Positions 49,799 through 62,299 of a stretch of DNA of 64,000 nucleotides are shown here, in pieces. Where the stretch lies: assembly GCA_010015805.1 (NCBI GenBank), contig ML978127.1, positions 1,922,001-1,986,000 on the forward strand, read 5' to 3'. Each line of letters starts with the position of its first letter. The stretch's first letter is position 1. Both the position numbers and the translations under genes were made by a program. Source of the DNA: Rhizodiscina lignyota. Lineage: Eukaryota. The notes below the pieces were generated by a model that made no database searches, was not told where the DNA came from, and saw only the letters and a program-made list of their open reading frames with translations.

Positions 49799-50683
49799 AG
49801 CGGCCACCTGAAGCGGCTGAAAAGGCCAAGAGAGGCGACGATACCCAAGACGGAGTTGGTTACCCTGGTTTGGATAAATTTGAATTTTTCTCAACGACAC
49901 AGCTCTGATGTATTTCTGAGCGTTCCAGCGAGCGCTATTTTTCTCAGCTCGACATGAAAATTTGCATAGCGAAGGCAAGCGAGGCGTTTGGGAGGCAATG
50001 TTGCATGGCGGTGCATCGGCAATGGTGGTGTAGCAGTAGATCATGAATGCGACGACGTGAAAATGTAATAAGCTCGACGGACTAATGGGAGATTTCGACC
50101 GTCAAGCGCAATGCCTTGAATTGGACCAGTAAGTTAACAAACCGCGCCTGTGGAAATGGATGTAGGTATACGAGGCGAGAACATGTTCTGCGTCTGTTAA
50201 GGCTGAGTTCAGCTTGCAACGGTTGCATATGCCATTTCTGGTAGGTATACTGGACGCAGGGGCCTTAAGAAGGTTTGAGTACATAAGCGAGAGCCTGGGG
50301 GCGTCTTTTATCACCACTTCCGTCCATTCGCTTAATTGACACATCTTCCGTGTCGTCCTGTGCGAGCTGAGAAGCCTGGATCACTTGTTTTTGGCTTCAT
50401 CATGTAGGATACGAGTCAGGCAATGAACTCTTTCCGCAAGCCGCATCTCACCTTCGCAAGTTACCTGTTGGGCTTTATTGGGCCAGCGTTAGCCAGGATT
50501 ACTCCGCCATCCTGCAAAATGCTCGTAGCTCAAGGATTTGGAGGACAGCGAAGATCAAGCGTAATCGACTTGGGATAAATATAATTCCTTCTTTACCTCT
50601 GCTCTCGCTCTTCACTCCTCACTCCGCAAGCTAATCCCACTCTTCTCTGTTCTTGCTATACTGTCCAATTTTCGCCCATCAAA

Positions 50684-51839
50684 ATGGATTTCAAGCCGCT
50701 CATCAAACCCTTTTCGACGCGCCCAGATAACCAATGGCTCAAAGGGGATAGAGGACAGCCCCTCCAACCTGCGCTGGTTACTGTACGCATCTCCCTCCGG
50801 CGAAGTTGGCGTTGAGCGTATTCTAACTCGCTGCTCCCATAGATGGTTCGGGACCAATTGACCATATCATCGTGGCTTGCATTGGGCGCGTGTCTCACGT
50901 TCCCGCTTTACACGTTCCTCGGACCCAAGGCAGTCATCCCAGCAGCAGTGCTCTTGGGATGGAGAATATTGGATTCAGTCCTCATGACAGTCGGGCTCAA
51001 GCATAATCCTAGGATGGACAATGTCCTCAATACGAAGTTCGCCGCCCAGTTTCCAGACCAAACTGGAGCTTGGGGGAACAAGGCGGCGCATAATGGCATC
51101 TGTGTGATCTTGCTTGGTGCGCGGTCGAATCAGTATGTTGTAGACTTTACCGATAGCCCGGATTTCTCAGTTCGCTGACATATTGAACATAGTCCGCTTG
51201 GAATGCTCGCCCCGAATTTCAAGGAAGTAAGCGACCGCTTCGACGGCATGATGTATGAGCTTGAGAGTAAGTCACCAATTCTCTCATATACTTCTATTGC
51301 ACCGTTAGCGTTCACTGACCCCTGTGCAGAAAACAAGAGCGCCGACGACTACGGCTTTCTCGGCGCCACCCGCTATATCTCCATGAATGAACGCAAAACA
51401 AATAACGATATAATGACCATGATGTGGTTCAGAAACGCTGATGGCCTCCGCCGATTCGCACACAGTCCAATACACATAGATGCTTGGAACTGGTGGAACA
51501 AGATCGTCAAGAAGCATCCGTTTCTCACCATCTGGCATGAAGTATATGATGTGCCGCCAGGACACTGGGAGGCCATCTACGCGAATGCGGAGCCCATTGG
51601 AATTGGTAAGTCGACCAATTTGGCTGCTAGCAGAGAATGAACATGCATGCTGATGAGAAGCAGCTGCGACCACAAGCAAGGTGTATAGCCCAGAGTCGAA
51701 GGAAGCGCAATACATGCAGTCTGTTGTGGATGCCCGGCATTCGGTGCTGCGGACGTCATTTGGAAGGATGGATAGGACTGACGGCAACGACAACGACGAT
51801 CTGAGAGGTAAGATTGACTTGGATGTGTACGGCGAGTAG
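50684..51839 (+). CDS. DUF4188 / Af470-like putative monooxygenase
   Basis: LGARSNHPLGMLAP, YGFLG, FRNADGLRRFAHSPIHIDAWNWWN, IWHEVYDVPPGHWEAIYAN; four short introns. Confidence 0.82.
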
Positions 51840-52019
51840 AAGTTTCCTGCTTGTGCTTGGTCATAGCAATTCTCTCCATCAACACCGGGCCTAGGCGCAT
51901 GCGGACGGATAATTTGTAGAATGGAACGACTTGTACCAGCAATCACTTCTGGACGATCCTGGATATTCGCTCAAGCGTATCCTTCTCCCAATCTTCTGTG
52001 GAATTGGCCGCGACGGCAT

Positions 52020-53082
52020 TTAAGGTCTCATATGCCTTTTCATCCGTGCTCGGGTTTGTTGCCCGAATCCCTTTATCTTCATCCCACATCTGCTGCAAGC
52101 AACGTACTTCTCTGGATAGCGCACATGGTCCTTATGCTGGGGTCCGTTTCACATGTACCTTCCACGGCGTAGGGTTGCTTTCAACCCACTTACCGCAGGG
52201 ATCACATCGCCGGAACTTCTTCAACGGGAGGCCAGCTGCCCTCTTCCTGGCCTGTGATTTCTGCGCTGACCGAACCTTCCTAGCTTTGAAGCGGGCGGTG
52301 TGTCCGTACTTTGCGACTGACTTCCGGTTGGCGGCACGTTGTATTGCCATCCAAATTGGGTCCTTGCTCTTTAAGTCGTAAGTCTTCTTCGTCCTCGCCC
52401 TGTTCTTCGTCTTAAAGGCGGGATCATCCTTGTGGCGATTGTAGTAGTTGCGCTGCTTAACACGCAACTGTTCCTGGTGGACGTAGTAGTATTCCGCTCG
52501 TCTGGCCTTTTTGCCGCCGCTGGTTTGGACCGGAACGTACTTGTAAGCTGGCTTCTTCACCACAAGCTGCAACTTCTTGATCGGGATCTTCGTTTGCCCT
52601 CCAGATTTGCGCAACCAGTCAGTTTCCACCTGGAGCCCGGTCGCCTTCCCAATCTCCTTGAGCTTTTCGATATTCACTTGGAACTGTTCGGCTGAAGCAT
52701 AGATGCCGATAAACTCGGGATGGGCAACGCAGCTCAACGTGAGCAAGTTGTGATACTCTGGATGCCGCTCCAGCCATAGCAACATGCCCTTCGTTGCTGG
52801 AACGCCAGAAGCAACGATGTGGCATAGGCCACGTTGAATGAGCATGTCCAAAATTGCCTCTCGCCATCAAGACCACACTGGAATAAACGGTGAGTTCTTG
52901 TAGAGCGCATGGTGTGAATGCGGTGACCATCCTTTGTGACATGCCAGAGCTTCATAGGGATAAAGTCCATGGGAGGCACTTTCCGCGATACGGAACTGCA
53001 GAGGGCTAAGTGGGCTCGACAAGGATTTAGAGTTGATCTTAACTGGAAGGATTGAGATGTTGAAGTTTCTGCTGTGATACAT
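52020..53082 (-). pseudogene. Disrupted basic zinc-finger protein gene
   Basis: An in-frame TGA at 52867-52869 separates two ORFs. Removing one A at about 52148 restores CDPC...WKVHVNGPQHK (matrin/U1-type finger), followed by CSRC...MKRHM. Confidence 0.55.
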
Positions 53083-53292
53083 TTATGAGTGTCTGGTCTT
53101 TTCCTCATATACTGCAACGTCGCTAACCTTCTAGGGCAGACTACCGACGCAATGCTGGTTCACATACTTGTTGAGGTTGTATTCAATTACTAGCGGAGTC
53201 CGCTCATATCACTTGCACTGACTTAAGGAAATTGAGGGAATTGTTGTTTAGACGGAACACTTGTAAATTTCAAATTATTGAAAAGTACTCAG

Positions 53293-54117
53293 TTACTGTT
53301 CCCATGCCTCTTCACACTGGGCATTGCGCCGTTCGGCGCACAGCAGAAGTGCGCTTGGTAGGGTTACTTCTCTATCCTTCACCACCTCCTCCTCCTGGGC
53401 TAGCCAGCACCGGCTGACTGCCCGTTCCACCCAGTCCCTCGCCTCCTCAGCCGTGATCTCCACCAACCCGGCCATCCGTTCCTCCTCCTTGCATGTGTCC
53501 TGCAGCACATGCTCTGCAATATCCTCCAGCCACTTCCACATCTCCCAACACCCGCTGTACTCCTCCCCATCTGCTCTCAGACCCCCAATCACCCGTTGGT
53601 GGACCATGCCTGCATGGCCCACCAGCCTCTCCTGGCCCGCGGTCGACGGGCATTCGAGGGCCAGCGTGAGTGAAACACACATGATTTGCCGGGCGAAGGC
53701 GAATGTGCGGGCTGTGTGGATGGCGGCCTCCTCGTCGTCCTCGTCGCCATCCTGCGATTCGACGTCGATATCGGCCATTGTGTCGGCGTTGAACTCTTGC
53801 TCAAGCATGGCTGCGCGCGTCGCCCATGGCGAGAAAGATTGTGCGCGACACTCTGGGCAGTCCATTTTAAGAGCGAGGAACAGCTCCCCGCAGCAATCGA
53901 CGTGGAGGTAGTGGCCACATGGGAGGGTCGTGACCAAGTCGCTTTCCTCGTAGTCGACGAGACAGATGCCGCAGTGGGCATCTCGCCATGCGCCATACTG
54001 TGGCTTGAAGTCCGTCGACACCACCGTGACCGGCAGGGAGTTGATGAGAGCCTGCTTGATAGGGAAGTAGGTGAGGTGGGGGTTTGCGAGATGTTCCTCG
54101 AGAGTGTGATACACCAT
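53293..54117 (-). CDS. RING-H2 finger protein (putative E3 ligase)
   Basis: CGICLVDYEESDLVTTLPCGHYLHVDC...CPECR; intronless 274 aa. Confidence 0.82.
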   Translation of the reverse strand: MVYHTLEEHLANPHLTYFPIKQALINSLPVTVVSTDFKPQYGAWRDAHCGICLVDYEESDLVTTLPCGHYLHVDCCGELFLALKMDCPECRAQSFSPWATRAAMLEQEFNADTMADIDVESQDGDEDDEEAAIHTARTFAFARQIMCVSLTLALECPSTAGQERLVGHAGMVHQRVIGGLRADGEEYSGCWEMWKWLEDIAEHVLQDTCKEEERMAGLVEITAEEARDWVERAVSRCWLAQEEEVVKDREVTLPSALLLCAERRNAQCEEAWEQ

Positions 54118-55483
54118 TTTGACAATATGTGTCTGACGAGATGTGTTAGTACGATGCGTCGATATGATGTTCTGATTAGCTATGTTGGGACGTACTATAT
54201 GATCGCGAGATGAGATGTTTCAAAGTTTAGAGTTTGAACGTGTGCGATATGTCTGAGACTTGGTATCGGACAGTGGAGATTTTTGTTTCATGGATAGTAG
54301 GAGAGAAGAGGAGGCAGAGGACAGGCAAATATACTCTGGACCATTGACTGTGTTGATGAGATTTGGAATTCCAGTCCGCTAAAGCCAATCGGAATGATTC
54401 CTTTGCATACAACAGTGCGAACTAGAGATCAGGAGGCCCGGACCAATCCATAGAGCAATCGTGCACAATGAAATTTCGGAATGAGTGGTGATGAACCAGA
54501 GAAGAAAGTCTCAACGATTTGGCCGTTGAGCACCGTTAGGCACGGCCACCGACCTGATTGGCACCGAAGAAACCGAACCAAACTTGCCCTACCTGCAGAA
54601 ACACAAGACTTGATTTATTGGTTCAGAGATGACCGTTGGAACATGTAGCTTTGTGAATCCGTTGATTGTGACAGAAGCTCCAATACGAGGCGCGCTTAAT
54701 GCAAATGCCACAAGAAAATCAAATCAGACATTCTCCAGCACAGTCAGTTATTACACATTGAAACCCCATTGGAAAGCATTAAGATGAGCTAAAAGTAAGA
54801 AAATATTGGACAGCGTAGAAGAAGGATGACGTCGAACAAGTTCATCAAGAGATGTGATGTTAAGGATAGCCGGCTCAAGGTTGGCTGAATCTCGGGGAAA
54901 TGACGGCCATGAGGAGGGCCGTCGAAATCTTCCTCGTTGGCCTGAGGTGAGAAGAATCTGCCCCTACAATCGAACATCTTCTTAGTATGTAAGACCGCAG
55001 ATGCAAATCATGACTGAGTTCTTGCTCTCCTGTCAATAATGGCAGGCGTTCAGTTGTGAGTCGACCAATTTCATCCAAAATTCTTAAGTGCTTCGAAATA
55101 TGATCGTGCCCAGTCCTAAATTGTTTCAACCCCATATGATCTTGCGATGATTTGACTGAGCATATATTGATATTCATATCATATTCTTTATCTATTCAAT
55201 GGCTCTCAGAGGAGGAGGTACGCTGACGAGAATAGAGAACTCCACAAAAATCTAGATGCTAATTCACCATCTCGCTCTCTATATCGAGATATCTGTCTCT
55301 TGAGTCTCCCGATGACTCCAATGCAGTGGTGATCGATCACAGCGCTACTGAGCCATCTCTAGACGCTCCCCCCGCCGCTTGCCCCTCCCGAGTAGAACTT
55401 CCCCACGTCCTTAGAGCATGTCTGCGTGCTCATTTTGATCGACACAGCCACAGATGCCGTTATATCGTCCACCTCACACAAGT

Positions 55484-56863
55484 CTAAAAGACAATAGCGC
55501 CACCTACAAAAACCAATCGTTAACTTCGTCCCACAAATTTCCTCCCTCCGTCACAAATTAAAACGGCCCACACTCACCATCAACAACCAAATCTGCCCCA
55601 TTCATATAGCTCCCCGCCCCACTACATAGCAGCACAATCGGGCCCTGCAGTTCCTGCGGCGAGCCCATCCTACCCATCGGATTGCGCGCGGCCCACGCGT
55701 TTCGTGCATTCTCGAGTCCAGCGCCCTCGTTGAGGATCGTGTCCATGTAGCCGGGCGAGATGGAGTTGACACGGATGCCATAGCTCGCCCATTCGGCGGC
55801 GAGACAATGCGCGAGGTGCACGACACCGGCTTTCGAGACGTTGTAGGCCACTTGGGGCTGCGGGTAGTTGACGCGGTGGGCGGATATTGCTGCGGGAAGT
55901 TAAGATTCTGTGCAGTAGATTTAGGTGAGTTTGAAAACTTACAGGCGATGAGAACGATGGAGCCGCCACGACCGTGCTCTTTCATGCTTCTGGAAATATG
56001 TCAGATACTTCCTGTAACAATAGGCTGTTCAGCCAATCTCGTGGGTTGGCTTCAACTCCCACGAGGGGATAATGATAGGCATTAGCAACGCTGTCGTCAC
56101 ATAATTTGCTCAAGTCATGTGGGTGTCTCCTCCGTCATGCTCTGCAGTTGGAGTCCAAACTTCTCCGACTGCTGGGTTAGAATGGTCAATGGATGGCTTG
56201 GTGAGCCTGGCTCTCCACAGGCTTGATATTGCAAGTAAACCAGCCATTAAATAGCAAAGAAAAGAACCATACCTTGCAGCAGCCTGCGCACACAGAAATG
56301 CCCCTGAACAATTCACATCCATCGCCTTCCTCCACTGCTCGTGGGACATATCCATTGCATGCGTGCACCCCACAACGCCCGCAAAGCAGCAGAGCATATC
56401 AATGCCGCCGAGCTCTTCAGCACTCTCCCCGAACGCAGTGGCAACGCTCTCCGCATTCGTCACATCAACTGCCTTGGCGATGATCTTGGCCTCTGGAAAC
56501 TCTTTCCTCAAGTCTGCCGCTGCGTCGGACGCTTGAACGGCGTTCACATCGAGCAATGCCAGTCCAGCGGCGCCGTGCTCGAGGAGTGCTTTAGCGGCTT
56601 CGAGGGCGAGGGTGCCGCCGCCACCGGTTACTGTTCATTGAAATTGTAAATTGAGTGGCATGTGGAGTCATTGTGAGACATGTGGACATACTGACTGCAT
56701 TTCCTTCGACGGCGAATCTCAGTGTCGCGCGACCTTCGGGGTTGAGATAGTGGGGGAAAGGAGCAGGAGGCCCAGTCATAGACGATGCTGAGCCATCTGA
56801 GAGTTTCATCTCGGGGAGGATGCGATTGACCAGGCCATTTCTGTCATCCGTAGCTGGTGCCAT
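55484..56863 (-). CDS. Short-chain dehydrogenase, polyol (D-arabinitol/sorbose reductase)-like
   Basis: TGGGGTLA, CCFAGVV, YPQPQVAYNVSKAGV, RVNSISPGYMDT, NPMGRMG, DLVVDGG; four introns including a 283-nt one (55990-56272). Confidence 0.9.
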
Positions 56864-57650
56864 TATGAAAGCGAAGGTGGTAGGCTGGAGTTAGTATTCG
56901 TACTCCGTATAGCTCGCAAGGTAGGAAAACACGGATTGGGTCAATTGGTGTCACTCGAGCACTATGTACGACTGAGATGAAGAGTGATATATATCGCAAT
57001 AAATTTTATTCGAGCTATATGCAAGATGACAAAGACTGCAGCGCCCCTTCCACATGTGTGGATTTTCTCTGGACATCACGTCACATGCTTTACGATTGGC
57101 ATCGGCTCACAGCAATCCGAAAATTATGGGCCCTTCAACCATCCTACAACTTCAGGGAAGGGACGGGAACACAAGGAATACTCTTCAGTGGTGGAAAGGG
57201 GGAACGAAAGCTGCGAATGGGGTGGTGCAACGAATGGGCTGACGTCGAATTCGGAAAGGGTCGCCCTGACCCAAAGGGAAAGCTTGGCGTGACTGATCTG
57301 TAAGACTACTTAGGACGGCGCACGACATAAATTTCGTGAGTACTTCTCTGTGATTTTGAGATCCTGAATCGTCGACATAATGTCAACAGCCTATGGCTAG
57401 ACCTGGACTGAAGAGTCTCCTATTAGCCAAATGCACCTTGATGAAGAAAATAGTGTTAAGAAAACAAAAGCCTGAGAATTGAAACCTCGACTGATATACC
57501 TGACCGCCTCATAGCAGACATGTAATGTCCAAAGAGGTGAGTCCAAAATGGTAACGCGGGCAGGCTTCAAAGATGTCTCCACGACAAACCACAGGAAACC
57601 ATGCGCTTCAATCAGCCCTTCCATCCGAGCAATGGCCATCCAGAATGCGA

Positions 57651-58660
57651 TCAGTCATCCTCATTCTCGCCAGCTTGGTAAATGTGGCGAGTGCGCGTAG
57701 CGTCTTTGCGCATTGCTTGGCCGGAACCTGTGAAGCCAACTACAGATCCGTTAGTGGTAACCAAACAAGGTTTGGGGATGTTAGGACCAACTGACCTCGA
57801 GCGTTCACCCCTTCACCAGTCCTGAACATGCTCTCCTTCTTCTTGCCGAACTTGCCGACTTTGCCCTTTGAAGAGAATTCCTGCCACTTGTTCTTTCCCG
57901 CCTCCAGCTCCTTGCCGGCCTTGACCTTGCGCGCGACCTTTGCTGGCCTGGCTGGGCCGTCGCTCACCTTGCTCGGCTCCTTCTTGGCCTGGTTCGCGAG
58001 CTCAGGATTGATGTTCGCAACGGCAGAGATGACGGTAGAGTTGGTCGGAGTTGGGGGTGCGGGAGACGGCGATGCGACAACAGAGCCGTCGGCCTTGCGC
58101 TTCGTTCCGCTGTTCTGAGCTAGCGGTTTGATATCTGCTGCGCCCACTTTCTCATGGTCTCCGTAGCCTCTGAACGTGACGTAGTAGACTGGCGATGCCT
58201 TGGAACCAGTGATGGAGTTGATGGTGGCCGGGTAGAACTTCTTGTCGCCGGTGACCCATTTCGCGAGCACCGAGTCGTTCACCTTGTACGTGACAGGCGC
58301 CTCTGCATCAGTCGGGCTCTGAGGTGCGATGGGCTTGCGGAAGCCCGGCTGGAAGGCAGGGTGGTTTTCCTTCGACCACTTCGGCTTCTCCTCTGGCTCG
58401 GCTGGCGTGGACGACTCTGGAGCTGGAGCTGGTTTTAGTTCTGCGATTTGCTGTTCGAGGAGGGAGATGACTTCTTCGACTTCGGACTTGAGGGCAGCCA
58501 GAGCAGCATTGTCTGGGTCATGCTTGAGGCCCTCTTGTGCTGCTTCAAGCTGTGTGGAGGAGGTGGTTAGCTAACACTGTGCATGCACGCGCGCAGAACA
58601 ACCAACCTGCTGCTGGTACTCCTTCAACTCCTCCTCGGCCTGCGCAAGACTGCTACCCAT
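57651..58660 (-). CDS. SPF30: Tudor-domain splicing factor SPF30/SMNDC1
   Basis: N-terminal LKEYQQQLE...DPDN, Tudor domain VLAKWVTGDKKFYPATI...VTFRGYG, KWQEF, SMFRT...RVGFTGSG; two introns. Confidence 0.88.
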
Positions 58661-59741
58661 GGCTGTTTAGTGAGACTCTCGCTGTCGCTTGAGGTTTCGA
58701 TGATACGTTACCCTAGGAGAGACAGGCAGGGTGAGATGTCGTCACTCGTGGCTGAACTTGGTGCGAAGGATGCGGACGGAAGAGCTCTAACGCAGGTGCG
58801 TGTTGGATGGCGTTGCGTGTAGAGGATAAGCGCTGCTATTTTCGACCCGGTCTAGTCGCGGCAAGCTCCGGCCACGCACGAAAGCCGGAGATCACGTGGA
58901 GCAGCTCGGCGTCGGAAATGGGAGCGTTAAAACGGCGACAACGTGGGGTCGCGGGTACTTCGCTCTCAGGTACAAAGACGCGGCACAGATCCACGCCCTT
59001 GACGTGCCTGGCAAGCCCGCCAATGCGCGCTCTCCAATCGCCGTCCGCGTGGCTATGTTGCTCTACAGAAAGTCGCACTGCTACATAAGGTAGGATGACT
59101 GCCACCTCCAGTCAATGCGGGTTCTGCGCCTCCTGGGCGAGCAGTCGCTACCATCTCCCAAAGCATGCCAATTCATCGCACTTGCAGAGATGCCCCCAAT
59201 CGTCGCGACGAGCGAGACACGCTGCGTGTGAAGCGCTCGCTGGCTGTGCTCACGCTCAGTCAATCTGCTCACGCTCTAAGATCGGGGAATATCCATGGAT
59301 CGCGCTCGCCGCTTTAAGGGCGTGGTGCATTTGTCAGATAGCACTTCCTCCCCGTTCTTTCTCTGGCCATTTAGCCACCGCGCTCTCACACCCTTCCACC
59401 ACCTGGTCTGCAGACACTCCGACTCGTCCCTCCGTCGAATGAGCAGTGACGCCGTGAGGCCAGATTGACTCAAAGAATTCCTGCGAACTCAGGGTCCGAG
59501 ACGTCGTCGGGCAGATTGCGCAAAGCGTGCCGTTGCAAGGCCCGCAAAGCCGCCCACCACCTGATCTGCACGCTTACTACTGGCGTCGCAGAAACACCGC
59601 CTGCACTCCTCGCTCCCTCCTACTTTTGCCATCTTCAAGCACGCCCTCTGTCGCCATCGCAACTACACCTCTGACACCGCTTGACTTGGGCATTTTTTCG
59701 ACGCTTGTGGACGAGTGGCAAGACTCACGCTCGACCGCTGG

Positions 59742-60005
59742 GTACGTTCCCAACCTCCGCTGCACACTCTGCCCTCCGCTTGCCCCCCTCTCGTGTTCTA
59801 GACCTCGCATCCCCCCGACTGTTAGAAATACTCGTTCCTCTCAATTTTCCCAACCTGTGAACTTCGTCAAAAGCCTGCATCTACGTCATTCGCTTTGTTC
59901 GAGCGATTGTCGTCGTGCTCGCCTTGACACGCCTCTACCCCGCCGTTGAGCGCTTTTCCTGATAACCAACAAGCGACGAACCACTAACGCCAATCCGTCA
60001 CACAG
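59742..60005 (+). other. Probable 264-nt 5'UTR intron of the Yap1 gene
   Basis: G|GTACGT donor at 59742; CACTAAC branch site and CAG acceptor at 60005, 98 nt before the ATG. Confidence 0.55.
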
Positions 60006-60102
60006 ACCATCTCATTCATCAAAAAAACCCACTCGAACCATCTGTACACCTACCGCCCTCGACATTGACGCTAGCCTGACCGACTCGACGGTGTGATACA
60101 AG

Positions 60103-62176
60103 ATGGCGGGGGCATCCGGTAACGGCAATCAGTTCAATCCTCACTCGTATCTCTCTGCGAACCAGCAAGACCTTCTCCTCGCTGCGCTCTCCTCGAACAT
60201 GGCCGGCAGTAAAAATCAATTTTCCGCCTCGAATCCTGACCTCACCAACATGAATGGCCAGGCTCAGCAGCAATTTAGTGGTGTTGACCCATCCTTCTTC
60301 ACATCTCCTCAACAGAATGGATCATTATCCACCTTCGACGCTTTCGGTGTTGATGTTGATGACAGCCCATATCTCGACTTTGCCGATGGCGACCAAAACT
60401 TTGATTTTGGTGAGTACGAGAATGACGATGAGATGATCGGCCCACTGCCTGGCGAAGACGAGATCCACGACAAGCGAAAGAGCCCAGATGGTGGAGATCG
60501 ACCGGAGTCCGAGAATGGCGCGAAGCGTCAGGAAGGGGAGGACAAGCAGGCAAAGAAGCCTGGCAGGAAGCCGTTGACGTCTGAGCCTACTACTGTAAAT
60601 CTCACCAGAACCATTCATGACATCCTCTTCAGCCACTAATCAGTTGCAACAGAAGCGCAAGGCGCAAAATCGTGCAGCACAGCGAGCATTCCGTGAACGC
60701 AAGGAGAGGCACCTGAAAGATCTGGAGACCAAGGTGGCCGATCTTGAGAAGCAATCCGAGGCCGAGAAGCATGAGAATGGTCTGCTACGTGCCCAGGTCG
60801 AGCGGCTTCAGACTGAGCTTCGTGAATACCGCAAGCGCCTCTCCCTTAACAGTGGTCGCCTTAGCAACTCGCCCCCCGTTGGTGGCTACTCCTCGTATCT
60901 TGCCAATCTCGCGAGCCAGGCCAAGGGTAACAACAATAACAATAACAACAACAACAACAATAACAATGGCAACAACTTCCAGTTTGAGTTCCCTCGATTT
61001 GGCGGTCTTCCTGGAGCTCACATCTTCAATAACGGCGCACTCGGAAAGCATGAGAACAAGTCTGCCCCGGATGTGTCGAAGGCGTCCTCCAATGGTGTCT
61101 TGACCCGCACTGGCAGTACTAATGGCCGCAGCGTCAGCCCAAAGAGCCAGACAAATGGCACAGCATCAGCTGCTCAGTCTCCAGGAAAGAATGCCATTGA
61201 TCCTGCTACTGGACTGTTCAATGCGAACGGCACATCAATGCCTGCTGAGCAAGGCGTCGGTCGCTCCAGCACCGATAGCTCGTCTGCGCGCTCACGAATC
61301 TTCCAGTTTAACAGCGGCTCAACCCCCAGCAACAGCGACTCCCCTTCGGCGTCATCGACGTCGCAATTCGGCGGTGCCAACTCGTCATGTGGCACATCCC
61401 CCGAGCCGAGCCACAACTCGCCATCGAACAAGGCTGATGGTAATCTTGACGTTGTCAATGAGAAGGGTTATGTCTGCTATGGGAACTCGGAAGGTGAGAT
61501 CAGCTTTTGCGAGAAGCTCAACATGGCCTGTGGCAATCCTCGGAATCCCGTTCCTCGTGCGAAGTCTCACTCTGACGGCACGCCAGCTCCCGCCAAAACA
61601 CCTGCTGCTGCCGCAAAGACACCCGCCGCCGACCTCAACGGCATCGATTGGATGGCCAACCAGAACGGTGGCCAGTTCGACCCGGCTCTCTTTGGAGACT
61701 ACCGTGAGTCCACCGCTGCGATCGTTGGAGATGGCGATTTCACGGGTGGCTTCTTCAACGATGCCTTCCCCATGCCAGACTTCGGTAGTCCGTTCAATGT
61801 TGGCGAGACGCCGGCGATCCAGAAGGCGAACCCGATAGAAGAGATTGAGCGTCTCCAAGATGGCGCTGGCGGCGAAGACGATGAGGTCGTTCCTGCCGAC
61901 GATATGACCCAAATGCTTAGCTGCCATAAGATCTGGTATGTCCAACACCCTTCTGCAACGCGTGCTTTGAACATGTCTATTGACGTCGGTCGTCCTTTTA
62001 GGGATAAGCTGCAGCAAAACCCCGAGTTCAAGGAAGGCTCCTTTGACATTGACGGGCTCTGTTCTGAACTCCGCGCTAAGGCTCGCTGTTCTGAGAGTGG
62101 TGTTGTTGTCGATCAGAAGGATGTTGACGAGGCTCTTAAGCGGCTGCCGCAGCAGAACAAGCCTCAGCAGGTCTAA
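60103..62176 (+). CDS. YAP1: AP-1-like oxidative-stress bZIP transcription factor
   Basis: KKPGRKPLTSEPTTKRKAQNRAAQRAFRERKE bZIP; n-CRD FCEKLNMACG; c-CRD CHKIW...FDIDGLCSELRAKARCSE; introns 60595-60652 and 61936-62001. Confidence 0.96.
60929..60967 (+). repeat. Coding (AAY)13 repeat encoding poly-Asn in Yap1
   Basis: 13 consecutive AAC/AAT codons. Confidence 0.95.
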
Positions 62177-62275
62177 TGTCTTTCATGCTCTCACAATCAC
62201 GGATGGCGTTTCCCGATCCATGACTACGGCGTCATCGGAATGAAATGTGCTTGATGGTTTTCTTTCAATTCGATT

Positions 62276-62299
62276 CAATGCAATGCAATGCAATGCAAT
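62276..62299. repeat. (CAATG)n microsatellite in the Yap1 3' region
   Basis: CAATG x4 plus CAAT. Confidence 0.85.

Noticed and set aside
40782..56863. One large secondary-metabolite cluster (SDRs, GFA, DUF4188, amidohydrolase)
   Set aside because: No PKS, NRPS or terpene backbone gene, and unrelated genes are interspersed.
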